64,000 bases of DNA from contig CAVVCK010000001.1 in NCBI GenBank assembly GCA_963746775.1, forward strand, positions 339,050 to 403,049. Direction: 5' to 3'. The notes under the pieces were generated by a model. It was not told the DNA's origin and made no database searches. It saw only the letters and a program-made list of their open reading frames with translations. Below, piece after piece: positions 9,670 to 19,847 of the stretch (the stretch's first letter is position 1; the number at the start of each line of letters is the position of its first letter). The position numbers were made by a program, and so were the translations under genes. This stretch comes from an uncultured bacterium. GTDB taxonomy: Bacteria; Patescibacteriota; JABMPQ01; CAVVCK01.

Positions 9670-10509
9670 TTATTTTATCAAGAAAAACAAAGCTCCCAAT
9701 AAAACCAAAACAATTCCCATCCCCAGCTTCATTTCCTTCTGCCTTTTCTCTTGCCATTCTTTTAAATCTGCGATTCTTTTGCCTAAAATAATTAAAATAT
9801 AAATAATTACTAAAGGCATTACGAACAACAAGTTGTAAATAAAAAGATAAGCAATCACATGCCCTCGTCCTAAGTTTTCATATAGAAGACTAATTGACCC
9901 GACATATAAAGGAAGTGAACAAGGCAGTTCAAAAAGCGTTACTATTATTCCTAAAATTATAGTAGCCGGTACAGAAGCTTTCTGCACAAATTTAGTTAAT
10001 TTCATTCTTTGAGACTGCGGAATCTGTAAAGAGAATCCTTTGCCATACCAAAAAAAGTCTTTAATATTTATCAGTCCGGCAATGATAATTATAGTGCCTA
10101 AAATATATTCAATAATTTTCGAAACATCACGATAATAAGGCTGAGAAACTAGCACGCTAATAAATTTATAAAAAATTATGCCAATAGAAAAATAAGTCAG
10201 AAAAATAGTAATAATATAAACAGCTCCAATTTTGGGTACTTGCTCTTTTTTCTTGGCAAAAACAATCATATAACCAAGCAGCAAAATCATCATGCCAATA
10301 GCGCAGGGATTAATACCATCAATCATTCCCGCCACCACAATAACCGGCAAAGTAAAATTAGATAAAGTGGTATTAAAAATAGAGCTTCGTCCGCAATTTA
10401 TTTCTGATTGAATGCCATTAATTTGACAATTTAAATCATCTGCAAAAGCAAAATTCGTAATAGAAAATAAACAAAGAAAAATAAACAAAAATATTACAAT
10501 TCTATTCAT
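9670..10509 (-). CDS. DsbD/CcdA-like transmembrane thiol-redox protein
   Basis: DGINPCA and ELPC motifs in TM segments; next to a DsbA gene. Confidence 0.8.
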   Translation of the reverse strand: MNRIVIFLFIFLCLFSITNFAFADDLNCQINGIQSEINCGRSSIFNTTLSNFTLPVIVVAGMIDGINPCAIGMMILLLGYMIVFAKKKEQVPKIGAVYIITIFLTYFSIGIIFYKFISVLVSQPYYRDVSKIIEYILGTIIIIAGLINIKDFFWYGKGFSLQIPQSQRMKLTKFVQKASVPATIILGIIVTLFELPCSLPLYVGSISLLYENLGRGHVIAYLFIYNLLFVMPLVIIYILIILGKRIADLKEWQEKRQKEMKLGMGIVLVLLGALFFLIK

Positions 10510-10648
10510 TGTTTTAAAATTAATAAGTAGAAATTAGCCAGTAGTCAGTAGAAATAAATAATATTCTCTACTAACTACTAGCTAATCACTATTCTCTAAA
10601 ATAAAATTATATCACTTCCAAAAAATAAAAAAACCTTTTATCTATAAG

Positions 10649-10679
10649 AAATCCGAAACCCTATAGGATTTCGGATTCC
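10649..10679. repeat. Palindromic repeat family D (GAATCCGAAACCCTATAGG(A/G)TTTCGGATTC)
   Basis: Near-identical copy at 54621-54652; palindrome with the same CCCTATAGG core at 9551-9582. Confidence 0.8.
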
Positions 10680-10753
10680 CGCACTCACCTCCTCAAAAAA
10701 TAAAAAGTCCTGCTTTATTAGCAGGACAATTGTTAGCAATAATTAATATTTTA

Positions 10754-11383
10754 TTACTTTAATTCTTTCTCTATCATTCCAACTAATTCATCCCAAGTTT
10801 TATAATTTTGTAATTTCTTGCCATTCAAATAAAATGTTGGGGTAGCACTTATTTTCAATGCTTGAGCTTTTAATATTTTTTCATTTACATAAGATTTTTT
10901 CTCACCTGAATCTAGAGATTTATTAAATTGTTCGGTATTTAGGCCTAAACTTTTAGCATATTCTTTAAAATGTTTTATAGCTTCTTTTTCATTTAAAGAT
11001 TGTCCCCAGATACTTTGATTTTGAAACAATAAATCATGGTATTCCCAATATTTTCCTTGATCATTAGCACACTGAGCTGCCTCAGAAGCTAATATTGAAT
11101 ATTTATGAAAAGGTGTATCTTGGAAAACTACTTCTAGCTTATTAGGATATTTATCTTTTAACTCATCAACTATTTGTGAAGCTTGAGCACAAGCCGGGCA
11201 TTGAAAATCACTATATTCTTCTAAAACCACTTTCCCGTTATTGCTTTCCAAAGGTTTGGCTATTTCTCCTTCTAAACTTTCGTTTTTATTCTTAAAAGAA
11301 GCATTGGCATATATTAAAATCCCAGCAAATATCACTAAGATTCCTAATCCAATTATTATTTGTGTTTTATTTATTTTATTCAT
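10754..11383 (-). CDS. DsbA-family oxidoreductase
   Basis: N-terminal TM, EYSDFQCPAC, ATPTFYLNG. Confidence 0.92.
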   Translation of the reverse strand: MNKINKTQIIIGLGILVIFAGILIYANASFKNKNESLEGEIAKPLESNNGKVVLEEYSDFQCPACAQASQIVDELKDKYPNKLEVVFQDTPFHKYSILASEAAQCANDQGKYWEYHDLLFQNQSIWGQSLNEKEAIKHFKEYAKSLGLNTEQFNKSLDSGEKKSYVNEKILKAQALKISATPTFYLNGKKLQNYKTWDELVGMIEKELK

Positions 11384-11476
11384 TAAATTATAATTATTTT
11401 TTATTACCTTAAAAGATACTAAAAAAGAAAATAAAAATCAACCCAGAATTACAGGGTTGATTTTTTAAATATTTTT

Positions 11477-11710
11477 TTAATCCTTATCCTTTCTACGAAA
11501 AGATATCATTCCTTTTTCTCTGTCTACTTCCATTTCTAATTTTCCTTCACTTTGTTTTGGTTTTGGTGGATAAGGATAACGTTCAACATTCCCACCCTTT
11601 ATAATTCTCGATCTAAAAAAACTTTTTTTTAATGGCGGTTTTCCTTCTTGATCCTTTCCTGATGTTTCTGGAATTTCTTCTGGCTTCGGAAAACCTTTTT
11701 CTCCTTCCAT
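11477..11710 (-). CDS. Small hypothetical protein
   Basis: 77-aa ORF co-oriented with neighbours. Confidence 0.55.
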   Translation of the reverse strand: MEGEKGFPKPEEIPETSGKDQEGKPPLKKSFFRSRIIKGGNVERYPYPPKPKQSEGKLEMEVDREKGMISFRRKDKD

Positions 11711-11741
11711 ATTTTTTTGATTAATTAATAAGCTTTTATTT

Positions 11742-12455
11742 TTAAATATTGATCTTGATTTTCTCTAATCTTTCCATTTCTTTTTCTGAAGATTCAATTT
11801 TTCCTTTCAGTTCTTCCCTCTCTCTTGCTGATTGCTCATCTCTTTCTACAATTTTTTCTGCACTACTTTTTAAAACTATAAGCTTTCGCATAACCGCCTT
11901 ACCAGATTCTTTTTCTGCTTTAGTTTTGTTAGCTAAATGTTCCCCGGCTAATTCCACAACCTTTCCCCATTGTTCTAACTCAGCTCTATTCATTTCGATC
12001 TTTCCTTCTATTCCTTCCGCTCGTTGTTTCAGTTCTTCTATGTTTATTCTAACTTCTTCCTTTTTACTATCTAAAAAAGCTTGGGCTATTTCTTGATCAA
12101 TTACATTCCCTCCTTCATCTAAAGCCATACCTACCACTATATCAGCATCATCAACCACATTTGTTGTTAATATCAATTCTTTTAGTGTTTCAATGCTTTT
12201 TTCTTTTGTTTGTCCAGGATATGTCCTGTCAATAAATCTACCTAGGCTATCATCGTTAGAATCTCCTGATCTTCTTCCTAATATTTCTCTCATTTTATCG
12301 CTTGGCCTTCTAGAACTCATTATCACTTTTTTGCGTTTACTTTCTTTTGCTTTTCTTTCTGCAACAAAATCAATTACCTCTTTAAAATAAACCTGAGAAT
12401 CATAATTTTCTCCTCCCTCTCTAGCTCCTTCTGGTATTGGTTTATCAACTGACAT
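11742..12455 (-). CDS. Hypothetical coiled-coil protein
   Basis: 237-aa E/K-rich ORF. Confidence 0.7.
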   Translation of the reverse strand: MSVDKPIPEGAREGGENYDSQVYFKEVIDFVAERKAKESKRKKVIMSSRRPSDKMREILGRRSGDSNDDSLGRFIDRTYPGQTKEKSIETLKELILTTNVVDDADIVVGMALDEGGNVIDQEIAQAFLDSKKEEVRINIEELKQRAEGIEGKIEMNRAELEQWGKVVELAGEHLANKTKAEKESGKAVMRKLIVLKSSAEKIVERDEQSAREREELKGKIESSEKEMERLEKIKINI

Positions 12456-12466
12456 ATATTTTTAAA

Positions 12467-13786
12467 TTAATTAATAAATTTTTCTATCTCTTCCTTTGTA
12501 ATATATCCCTTATAAAAATTATCAATAATTAACTTTTCTATAGCTTCCTTTCCAAAATATTCGATAAATATTTTATTCCACATAGCTTCTTGGTGATGAT
12601 ATAAATACTTAATCATTTCCTTTTCTTTAACCAAAGACATCACGCTATCAATCAAATTCATACTGACCAAGCTCTCTATCTCCCCATTTTTTTTTATTAT
12701 TTTATTTTCCATTGTTCCATTAACATGTTTCCCTTCTCCCTTAAAAAAATCACCTACAAAATTTAGATTTTTCCAAAAAGTAAAATCTAAATCAGAATCA
12801 ATAGCATCGAGCTTGGAAATATCATTTTCTGCTTTATCCCAATGAATTGTTTCGGGATTTACGTGTGACTCTATTAATCTAAAATCGTTAGCATTATCTT
12901 TGGCTAAATATCTTTGTACGATTCGCCAACTACCCTGTGGTATATTTTTTTGATCAGAAACATCGCCGCGTAAGGCTGAAATTAATTTTTCTAAAAAATT
13001 TTCTTGTTTGGAATAATTTTCAATAATTTTTGAATAAAAATCAATCTCATGCAAATAATGTAAAAGTAAAGAAAAAACTCTTAAGGTCTCACCAGACGAA
13101 TTAATTTGTAGAGGTATAACAAATATAATTCCCAATTCTTTTAGATGACTGACATTGTGATATTTCTTTTTTATAAATTTCTCTGCTACCTTAAGCCATT
13201 TGTTATTTAAAATCAAAACTTTTATTTCTCGCCTTTCAAAATCTGAGACCTTTATATCACGATACCCCTTACTTAAAAATTCAGTCATCCATTCCTCACT
13301 TTCCACGAAACGCAAAGAAGAATACACTTCGTCAAAATCTTCTTTAGCTAGAAGATCTCCTACGTTTTTATAGCCTAAAGCTTTTATAATATTTTGCGGC
13401 GGATGCTTTTCTAGTATTTCCTTAGCTTTCTCTTTTTTTAAAAAAAACCCATCTCTAATATTAGCTATTTCCTTAGCTTTAGAAATTATTTCCCCGCAAT
13501 GATCCTGCGTTTTACAAGTAGGCTTTCCTAAAATTTCAAAAAGATCACTATCATCATTTTTTAATTTAGAGATTATAGCTCTATATACTTCCTCACTAGA
13601 AGAATTTTTAGAAAGTTTTAAATAACCTAATATTTCTTTAACTTTAAAATCGTTTTCAGCAATTATTTGATCTAAAATGCCAGATGTATCACACATCTTA
13701 TCCAAAGAAAGACAAAGCTTTTGTAAATATTCTGGTTTTGTTCTTAATATTTTAGATATTTTTTCTATCGCGTATAGATGTTCCAT
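12467..13786 (-). CDS. Hypothetical protein, directly coupled to the PfkB gene
   Basis: 439-aa ORF abutting the upstream stop codon; function not recognised. Confidence 0.75.
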   Translation of the reverse strand: MEHLYAIEKISKILRTKPEYLQKLCLSLDKMCDTSGILDQIIAENDFKVKEILGYLKLSKNSSSEEVYRAIISKLKNDDSDLFEILGKPTCKTQDHCGEIISKAKEIANIRDGFFLKKEKAKEILEKHPPQNIIKALGYKNVGDLLAKEDFDEVYSSLRFVESEEWMTEFLSKGYRDIKVSDFERREIKVLILNNKWLKVAEKFIKKKYHNVSHLKELGIIFVIPLQINSSGETLRVFSLLLHYLHEIDFYSKIIENYSKQENFLEKLISALRGDVSDQKNIPQGSWRIVQRYLAKDNANDFRLIESHVNPETIHWDKAENDISKLDAIDSDLDFTFWKNLNFVGDFFKGEGKHVNGTMENKIIKKNGEIESLVSMNLIDSVMSLVKEKEMIKYLYHHQEAMWNKIFIEYFGKEAIEKLIIDNFYKGYITKEEIEKFIN

Positions 13787-14755
13787 TTATTTCTTGTTTA
13801 CTTCTACTTTTTCAAAATTATTTAAATCTTTTTTATTCAATAATCCATTCTTGGCCCCAATTTTCTGAATTACCGAAGTAGCATTGGCCGATCCTAATTG
13901 GATAGCATAGGAAATATCATTTTTTAAAATCATACCGGATACAAATCCAGATCCAAAAGCGTCCCCTGCTCCAGTTCGTTCAATGCCTTCTCCACCCAAA
14001 GAAGGGGCATTATAAATTATACGGTTATCAGCTACCCTAACCCCTTTATTCCCCCTAGTCATAACTACTACATTCGGTACTAGACTATCTAATTTATTTA
14101 AAATTTCTTTTTCTTTCTCAGTATTTTCTCCGATTAGACTTGCTGCTTCTTCCTGATTTAAAATTAAAATATCAGTCTTGTTTAATAATGGCTTTAATTG
14201 CTCATCTTTTATTTCTTTAGAACCAGGATTAAAAGCTATTTTTGTATTATTTTCCTGAGCCTGTTCAAATATTTTATTAAGCAATTCAAAATTACCATTA
14301 GTTGAAGCAATATAAAACCACTTAGCTTTTAATTTATCCCAATCTATTTTTTCCGGATTGATATGGCTAGATGCTCCACGATAAACTAATATGGTCCGAC
14401 CTTCGTATTTAGACGACAGAATAACTGAATAGGCAGTTTTTTCTTTTCCATCTTTCATCACGAAAGATGTATCAACGCCATTTTCTTTTAACTCCTCTAT
14501 TATGTATTTTCCCGATAAATCTTCTCCGATTTGTGCAACACAAATGGTCTCAAACCCTAATCCAGCAAAAGATACTGCTGTATTCGTACCTCCACCACCA
14601 GTTGTAAAAACTACATTATCTATCTCAACCTTCGATCCCAAGTCCATAGCCAAAGCTTTGCCTGATAAAAATTCTTTATTTTCTAAAATTTTAAAATCAG
14701 GGCTATAGAAAAAGGCGTCCCTGGTGGCTGATCCAAATGTAATTACATCGTACAT
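13787..14755 (-). CDS. PfkB-family carbohydrate kinase
   Basis: GGGGTNTA, NQEEA, RTGAGDAFGSGF. Confidence 0.92.
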   Translation of the reverse strand: MYDVITFGSATRDAFFYSPDFKILENKEFLSGKALAMDLGSKVEIDNVVFTTGGGGTNTAVSFAGLGFETICVAQIGEDLSGKYIIEELKENGVDTSFVMKDGKEKTAYSVILSSKYEGRTILVYRGASSHINPEKIDWDKLKAKWFYIASTNGNFELLNKIFEQAQENNTKIAFNPGSKEIKDEQLKPLLNKTDILILNQEEAASLIGENTEKEKEILNKLDSLVPNVVVMTRGNKGVRVADNRIIYNAPSLGGEGIERTGAGDAFGSGFVSGMILKNDISYAIQLGSANATSVIQKIGAKNGLLNKKDLNNFEKVEVNKK

Positions 14756-14803
14756 ATTTTATATTTATTCGCGAATTGATTTTATTTAAATTCATCTCTG
14801 GCA

Positions 14804-14881
14804 CATACAGGTTTTAAACCTGCCTTGTACATACAGGTTTTAAACCTGCCTTGTACATACAGGTTTTAAACCTGTATCTAC
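14804..14881. repeat. Three tandem 26-bp family A REP units
   Basis: CATACAGGTTTTAAACCTGCCTTGTA twice, then CATACAGGTTTTAAACCTGTATCTAC. Confidence 0.9.
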
Positions 14882-15882
14882 ACCTTAATTCTACTCGCCT
14901 TTAATATATGCTCCAATAAAGTCCAAGAATATCCCATTTCGTTATCATACCAAGCTAAAATTTTTACCAAATCTCCATCTACAACATTGGTAAATTCACT
15001 ATCAACTATGGAAGGGCATTTATTTCCTACGATATCAGAAGAAACTAGAGGTACCCCAGATACTTTTATAATATTTTTCCATCTTGTTTCTTGTGATGCT
15101 TCTTCTAAAATTTTATTAACTTCTTCTTTGGATGTTTTCCTCTTAGCTATAAATGTAACATCAGCTATCGATCCACAAATATTAGGAACCCGAAGAGCTA
15201 GACCATCAAATAAATTTTCCAAAGATGTAACTACTTTCGTAACAGCAATAGCAGCGCCGGTTGTCGATGGAATAATATTTTCTGCTGCTGCTCTGCCACG
15301 ACGCATATCTTTTTTCTCCGAAGGACTATCAACCAAGCTTTGGGTTGCTGTATAGGCATGAACGGTATTGAGAATGGCTTTTTTTACACCTAATTTTTCC
15401 GATAAAATATCCATCACCGGTGCTACTGCATTAGTTGTACAAGAACCATTATTAGTAATTATATTGTCCTTTAATTTTTCTTCATTAATTCCTAATAGCA
15501 CTGTCTGCGCATCTTTAGAAGGAGCAGAAATAATTACTCTCTTTGCTCCTGCTCTAACATGTTTTTCCGCATCAGCTTTCTTGGTAAATACTCCTGTTGA
15601 TTCAATAACTACATCTATACCTAAATCTTTCCAAGGTAGCTTCTCCGGTTCTCTTTCTTGGCAAAATAATATTTCCTTGCCATCAACCATTAATTTGCCA
15701 TCACGGGTTTTAACATCTCCCTCATATTCCCCATAAACAGTATCGTAATCTAGAAGATAAGCTAAATTTTCTAAGTCTCCCAAATCATTTATACCAACAA
15801 TTTCTATTTCCGGATGCTGAAAAGCAAGACGAAAAAAGCCTCTTCCTATACGACCAAAGCCATTTATAGCTACTTTTATCAT
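14878..15882 (-). CDS. gap: Glyceraldehyde-3-phosphate dehydrogenase, type I
   Basis: INGFGRIGR, SCTTN, WYDNE. Confidence 0.97.
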   Translation of the reverse strand: MIKVAINGFGRIGRGFFRLAFQHPEIEIVGINDLGDLENLAYLLDYDTVYGEYEGDVKTRDGKLMVDGKEILFCQEREPEKLPWKDLGIDVVIESTGVFTKKADAEKHVRAGAKRVIISAPSKDAQTVLLGINEEKLKDNIITNNGSCTTNAVAPVMDILSEKLGVKKAILNTVHAYTATQSLVDSPSEKKDMRRGRAAAENIIPSTTGAAIAVTKVVTSLENLFDGLALRVPNICGSIADVTFIAKRKTSKEEVNKILEEASQETRWKNIIKVSGVPLVSSDIVGNKCPSIVDSEFTNVVDGDLVKILAWYDNEMGYSWTLLEHILKASRIKV

Positions 15883-16131
15883 ATGTTTTTTGTTTTATTG
15901 AAAAAATTAAAGACTATTATCTCTTTTATATATTATAGCATATTTTTGCCTTTAACAAAAGTAGGGAACAAAAATTTTTGTTCCTTACTAATACATAAAC
16001 AAGGTTTTATAAAAAGTGTAATTTGGGGGAAGCAGCCATCAATTTTTAATAAGCTACGATTATTAGGAAGGTTTGGTTAGTTTTCATACCATTCATTGCC
16101 GCTATTCCGGAAAACAGTAGCCCAACCAATA

Positions 16132-17299
16132 GTTACCGTTTAGAATCTGGTTGGTATTTAGAAATAATTTCAGGCATATTGGCCTGTTTTTTAATTGTTA
16201 ATTCAAGGGGATATTTACCATTTAGATATTTGAATTTCTGACTACAATCAGTATATTTTTTTGTTCTTCTACGGATTAAATAAGCATTAAGAAATCTTTC
16301 AGCATTCTTAAATGATTTGAATCCTTTAATACTTGTTAGTCTAGCGTTTAAATGTGAATTGAATAGTTCTATTAGATTAGTATCTCTAGGACAGTGGGGT
16401 ATATTTTGGTAAGTGAATAGGTTTTCTTCTTTCTTGTAGATATCTATTAGAACACTTTGTCTTAATAAATTCTTTCTCGCATACTTGGTAAATATATTAT
16501 GTAAAGATTTGTTTAATTCTTCTTTAGTTTTTTTCTCCTCTACTTTACTTTTAAAAATATATTCATTAAGCTTGTGAAAAAATAGTAGGTGTTGTTCTTC
16601 CGTCCTTATTCTTGTTTTTTGTCTTATGTTTTCTAGATAATGATTGTGGCAAAGCTGTATTTTGGCTTTAGGATAATAGTACAAAAGCCCTGGTTTTAGG
16701 GCAGGCAGTATATCGTCACAGATAACTACTTGTAGTGGATAGTTACAAGTCTTTAATAATCTAAAGTATCTTCTAAAGGCTTCTTCATTCTCTGAAGGAG
16801 AAAGTATTCCTACAGGAAGATCATGCTTTAGATAATCAATACCGTAAATGAACGGTATTTTTTTATGGTAGCCTTTTACTTTTATGAACTTACCATCAAC
16901 TACAATAACACCTGAGAAGCGATTGCAATAGCTCATTGTTAGCCAAGTGTTATTAGATAAGCTATTCATTTCTTCTTCTACCTGAAGAAAAACTTTAGCA
17001 GGAGATATATTATTCTCATCAGCTAGTTTTCTAAAAGATATTCCATCAACATGTTAAATCCATAACTTTTTCTTTTTACTCCGATGATCAATTGAAAATG
17101 AGCTTTTACATATTTTACAATAATATCTTTTCCTACCATCTCTGCTACCCCATTTAATAGTTCTTTTACTTTTACACTTAGGACACTTTAATTTACGTTT
17201 TTTTTGTCATGTTTTGCTTAATTAACTAGTTAAATCAGTATATTTTAACTAAATTAAGCTTTAAAATCAAGATTTACCAACCGAAATCTAAACGGTATC
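16132..17299 (-). mobile_element. Insertion sequence, 1168 bp (IS256/Mutator-like DDE with Zn finger; family is inferred)
   Basis: 25-bp imperfect terminal inverted repeats at 16132-16156 and 17275-17299; 9-bp target duplication CAACCAATA at 16123-16131 and 17300-17308. Confidence 0.9.
16133..17210 (-). pseudogene. Disrupted DDE transposase
   Basis: CPKC...CKIC Zn finger, VDGKF, VICDD, IQLCHNH, TNLIELFNSHL; in-frame TAA at 17054-17056; the ATG is out of frame across an A8 run. Confidence 0.8.
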
Positions 17300-17671
17300 C
17301 AACCAATACGAAACTGAGCATTCCCCGCTCTAGCCGGACCTTGATGATCGGTCTCTGTCCTCTGACAGTAGACACGGCCTCCATGACTTTCCGGACAATG
17401 TTGTAATTCACTATCCCCAGAAGTTTCAGCCACCATCACAGGCTCTGCATCTCCTTCTCTTCCAATCTTTAGCCCAAGCCTAACACCGTCTCCTATCGAA
17501 AAACCGGTATCAACCACATGATCTCCTTTTCCCATCTTCACGTCACTCATCCTTCCCTTCCTTTCGTTATCCCCCTCAAAAAAATGTGCAAGTTTATATA
17601 ATAATTATATTTTAGACCTAGTCAAATAAAAAAGACTCCGATAAGGTCTTTTTTATAAAATTCAAAGATAC

Positions 17672-19180
17672 TTAAACCAAACTCTCTCCTGTCATCTCCT
17701 TCGGCTTTTCTAAATTCAACATCTTCAATATAGTCGGTGCCACATCCTGCAACCCTCCTTTATTTCTCAAAATTTTAGAATATTTATTACTTATTAATAT
17801 AAACGGCACAGGATTGGTCGTATGAGCAGTCATAGGTTCGCCTGTTTCCATATCTACCATTTCCTCAGCATTACCATGATCAGCTGTAATTATAATATGA
17901 TAGTTTTTCTTCAATCCTTCCCGAACGATATCACCAATTGCTTTATCTATAGTCTCCACCCCTTTAATAATTGGTTTAGGATTAGCTGTATGCCCCACCA
18001 TATCTCCATTACATAAATTGGTAAAAATTACTTCATGTGCTTCGTCTCTAGTATCTTGTATAATTTCACGAGCAATATCCGGAGTACGCATTTCTGGTTT
18101 TTCATCATGGGTTTTTATATCGGAGTACGAATCCAACATTATCCTATCCTCACCTTCCAAGGCCTTCATTTTTTTACAATTTAGAAAATAGGTTAAATGG
18201 TTAAATTTTTCTGTCTCCGTTACACGTAATTGTTTTAAACCTGCTTGAGATATTATTTCACCTAAAGTATTTATAATCTTCTCCGGCTGGAAGGCAACCT
18301 CGCAGTCAAATTCTTCTCTATATTGTGTCATAGTCACATATTTTAAATTCTTTATTTTTGATTTTAAAAATTTATCCGTCATTTGTACTGCTCTATCTGA
18401 TCTAAAGTTTACAAATATTACTGCATCGTTAGATTTAATACAGCCCTCTTCACCTTCACCAATTTCAATATGGCAGGGCCGTATAAATTCATCAGTCTCG
18501 CCTGATTTATAAGCATCATCAATAGCTTCGCAAGCATCTTTATATTTTTTTCCCTCTTTACCAACTAAAATATTGAAGGACTTATCCAAGCGGTCATAAT
18601 TATTATCTCTATCCATAGCATAATATCTGCCCGCAATTGAGGCTATTTTGCCAAATTCAATTTTATCAATATAGTCTTGCAGTTCTCCTACATATTTCTT
18701 AGCGCTCTTAGGTAATGTATCCCGTCCATCCGTAAAAACATGCACTAAAACATTTTTAACACCCATCTTTTTAGCTAAATCCAAAAGAGCATAAAAATGT
18801 TCCTGATGAGAATGTACTCCGCCCGGACTTACCAAACCCTTCAAATGCAAAGTGCTGTTATTTTTCTTAACATGTTCTATAGCTCCTAAAATCGCTTTAT
18901 TTTTTTCAATATCCTTAGATTCAATTGCCTTTTTTATTTTTAATAAATCTTGAAAAATAATTCGGCCTGCACCAATAGTCATATGATTTACTTCCGATGT
19001 ACCCATTTGGCCAACTGGCAACCCCACACTTTCTCCCGAAGCATTTAAAATTGCATAGGGATATTTTTTTAGAAATTTATCATAATTAGGGGTATTGGCT
19101 TGTGCTATAGCGTTATTTTCTGCTTCCTCTAAATAACCCCAGCCATCTAGAATTATTAAAATTAGTCTATCTTTGGTCAT
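17672..19180 (-). CDS. gpmI: 2,3-bisphosphoglycerate-independent phosphoglycerate mutase
   Basis: LDGWG, MGTSEVNH, GGVHSH, DGRD, GRYYAMDRD, DMVGHT, TADHGNAE. Confidence 0.97.
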   Translation of the reverse strand: MTKDRLILIILDGWGYLEEAENNAIAQANTPNYDKFLKKYPYAILNASGESVGLPVGQMGTSEVNHMTIGAGRIIFQDLLKIKKAIESKDIEKNKAILGAIEHVKKNNSTLHLKGLVSPGGVHSHQEHFYALLDLAKKMGVKNVLVHVFTDGRDTLPKSAKKYVGELQDYIDKIEFGKIASIAGRYYAMDRDNNYDRLDKSFNILVGKEGKKYKDACEAIDDAYKSGETDEFIRPCHIEIGEGEEGCIKSNDAVIFVNFRSDRAVQMTDKFLKSKIKNLKYVTMTQYREEFDCEVAFQPEKIINTLGEIISQAGLKQLRVTETEKFNHLTYFLNCKKMKALEGEDRIMLDSYSDIKTHDEKPEMRTPDIAREIIQDTRDEAHEVIFTNLCNGDMVGHTANPKPIIKGVETIDKAIGDIVREGLKKNYHIIITADHGNAEEMVDMETGEPMTAHTTNPVPFILISNKYSKILRNKGGLQDVAPTILKMLNLEKPKEMTGESLV

Positions 19181-19306
19181 TTTCTATTATTATTAATTAT
19201 ATTCTAAGTATATAGTTTTTTATTAAATATTCAATAATTTCGAAAAGATAATTTTATTTTTTTTACCTTATTATAGCCAATTTTTGACTAGTTTACACTA
19301 AAATCC

Positions 19307-19335
19307 TTGACATAAATACAACTATATGCTATTAT
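19307..19335 (+). promoter_or_regulatory. Sigma70-type promoter
   Basis: TTGACA, 17-bp spacer, TATTAT with extended -10 TGn. Confidence 0.75.
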
Positions 19336-19341
19336 CTGCAA

Positions 19342-19787
19342 GTTATGCTTCCAAAATGCATATTTTTCTATTAAATTAGCATTTCATAGAAATAACGCAC
19401 ATTGGAAGGGAGGTGGCCGTGTTTTATTACGCGGTCCGGTTCGATTGACGAAGGGCCCTTGCGCCCAACACAAACGTCAAAGAGAAGAACCCGAAAACCA
19501 CAACCGGCTCTCGGCCATCGAGCGACGAACAGCCAGAGCCATAACTGTCCCTTTGGGACAAGGAAGGAAGGTAAAGCACCACCTGTTCTGACATACTCTG
19601 TCTGATCTGCCTGGTGAGCAGAGATGAAAGACAGAGAGAGCTCGTGCATCTGCGCGAGCTACCATCTCCTCCAAAAAAGGAGGTGGATCAGGCACGGTCA
19701 ATGGTGCTGGAGTTTTCTCTCGCAAGAGAGAAATACCCCGAAAAAAAGGGAGGTCACTGAGCTATTGCAGTTCAAACCTCCAGTCTC
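19342..19787 (+). ncRNA. Candidate large structured ncRNA of unknown class
   Basis: GC-richer island with about ten consecutive or nested hairpins, lying between a promoter and a hammerhead; no convincing ORF. Confidence 0.6.
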
Positions 19788-19844
19788 TCCCGCTAAAAGC
19801 GGGACTGATGAGTCCTGATTATACAATTTATAAGGACGAAAGAC
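19783..19844 (+). ncRNA. Type III hammerhead ribozyme
   Basis: Stem III GUCU/AGAC; cleavage triplet CUC (cut after 19787); stem I UCCCGC-UAAAA-GCGGGA; core CUGAUGA; stem II GUCCU...AGGAC; GAAA. Confidence 0.92.
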
Positions 19845-19847
19845 CAT

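Larger units (their letters stand above)
16077..17550 (-). pseudogene. Small GC-rich hypothetical gene split by the IS
   Basis: Removing the IS and one target-duplication copy joins ...GPARAGNAQFRIGW to ATVFRNSGNEWYEN* in frame. Confidence 0.7.

Noticed and set aside
14804-14881. Possible mini CRISPR array (also 22568-22654)
   Set aside because: Units are directly tandem or have very short linkers, with no unique spacers and no cas genes; they belong to a dispersed REP family.
18803-18810. CTGATGAG hammerhead-like core
   Set aside because: It is antisense within gpmI (SHQE codons) with no flanking stems.
19596-19636. Second hammerhead (CTGGTGA...GAAAGAC)
   Set aside because: The core is mutated, stems I and II cannot form, and the segment folds as a simple hairpin.
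19342-19787. Identity as tmRNA, RNase P RNA or SRP RNA
   Set aside because: No tRNA-like ends, no GAGGAAAGUCC P4 motif and no convincing SRP helix 8 were seen by eye; a covariance search is still needed.
19371-19818. Four overlapping ORFs in the GC-rich island
   Set aside because: They conflict with each other, have atypical composition and no motifs, and one runs into the hammerhead; RNA structure explains the region better, though coding is not fully excluded.
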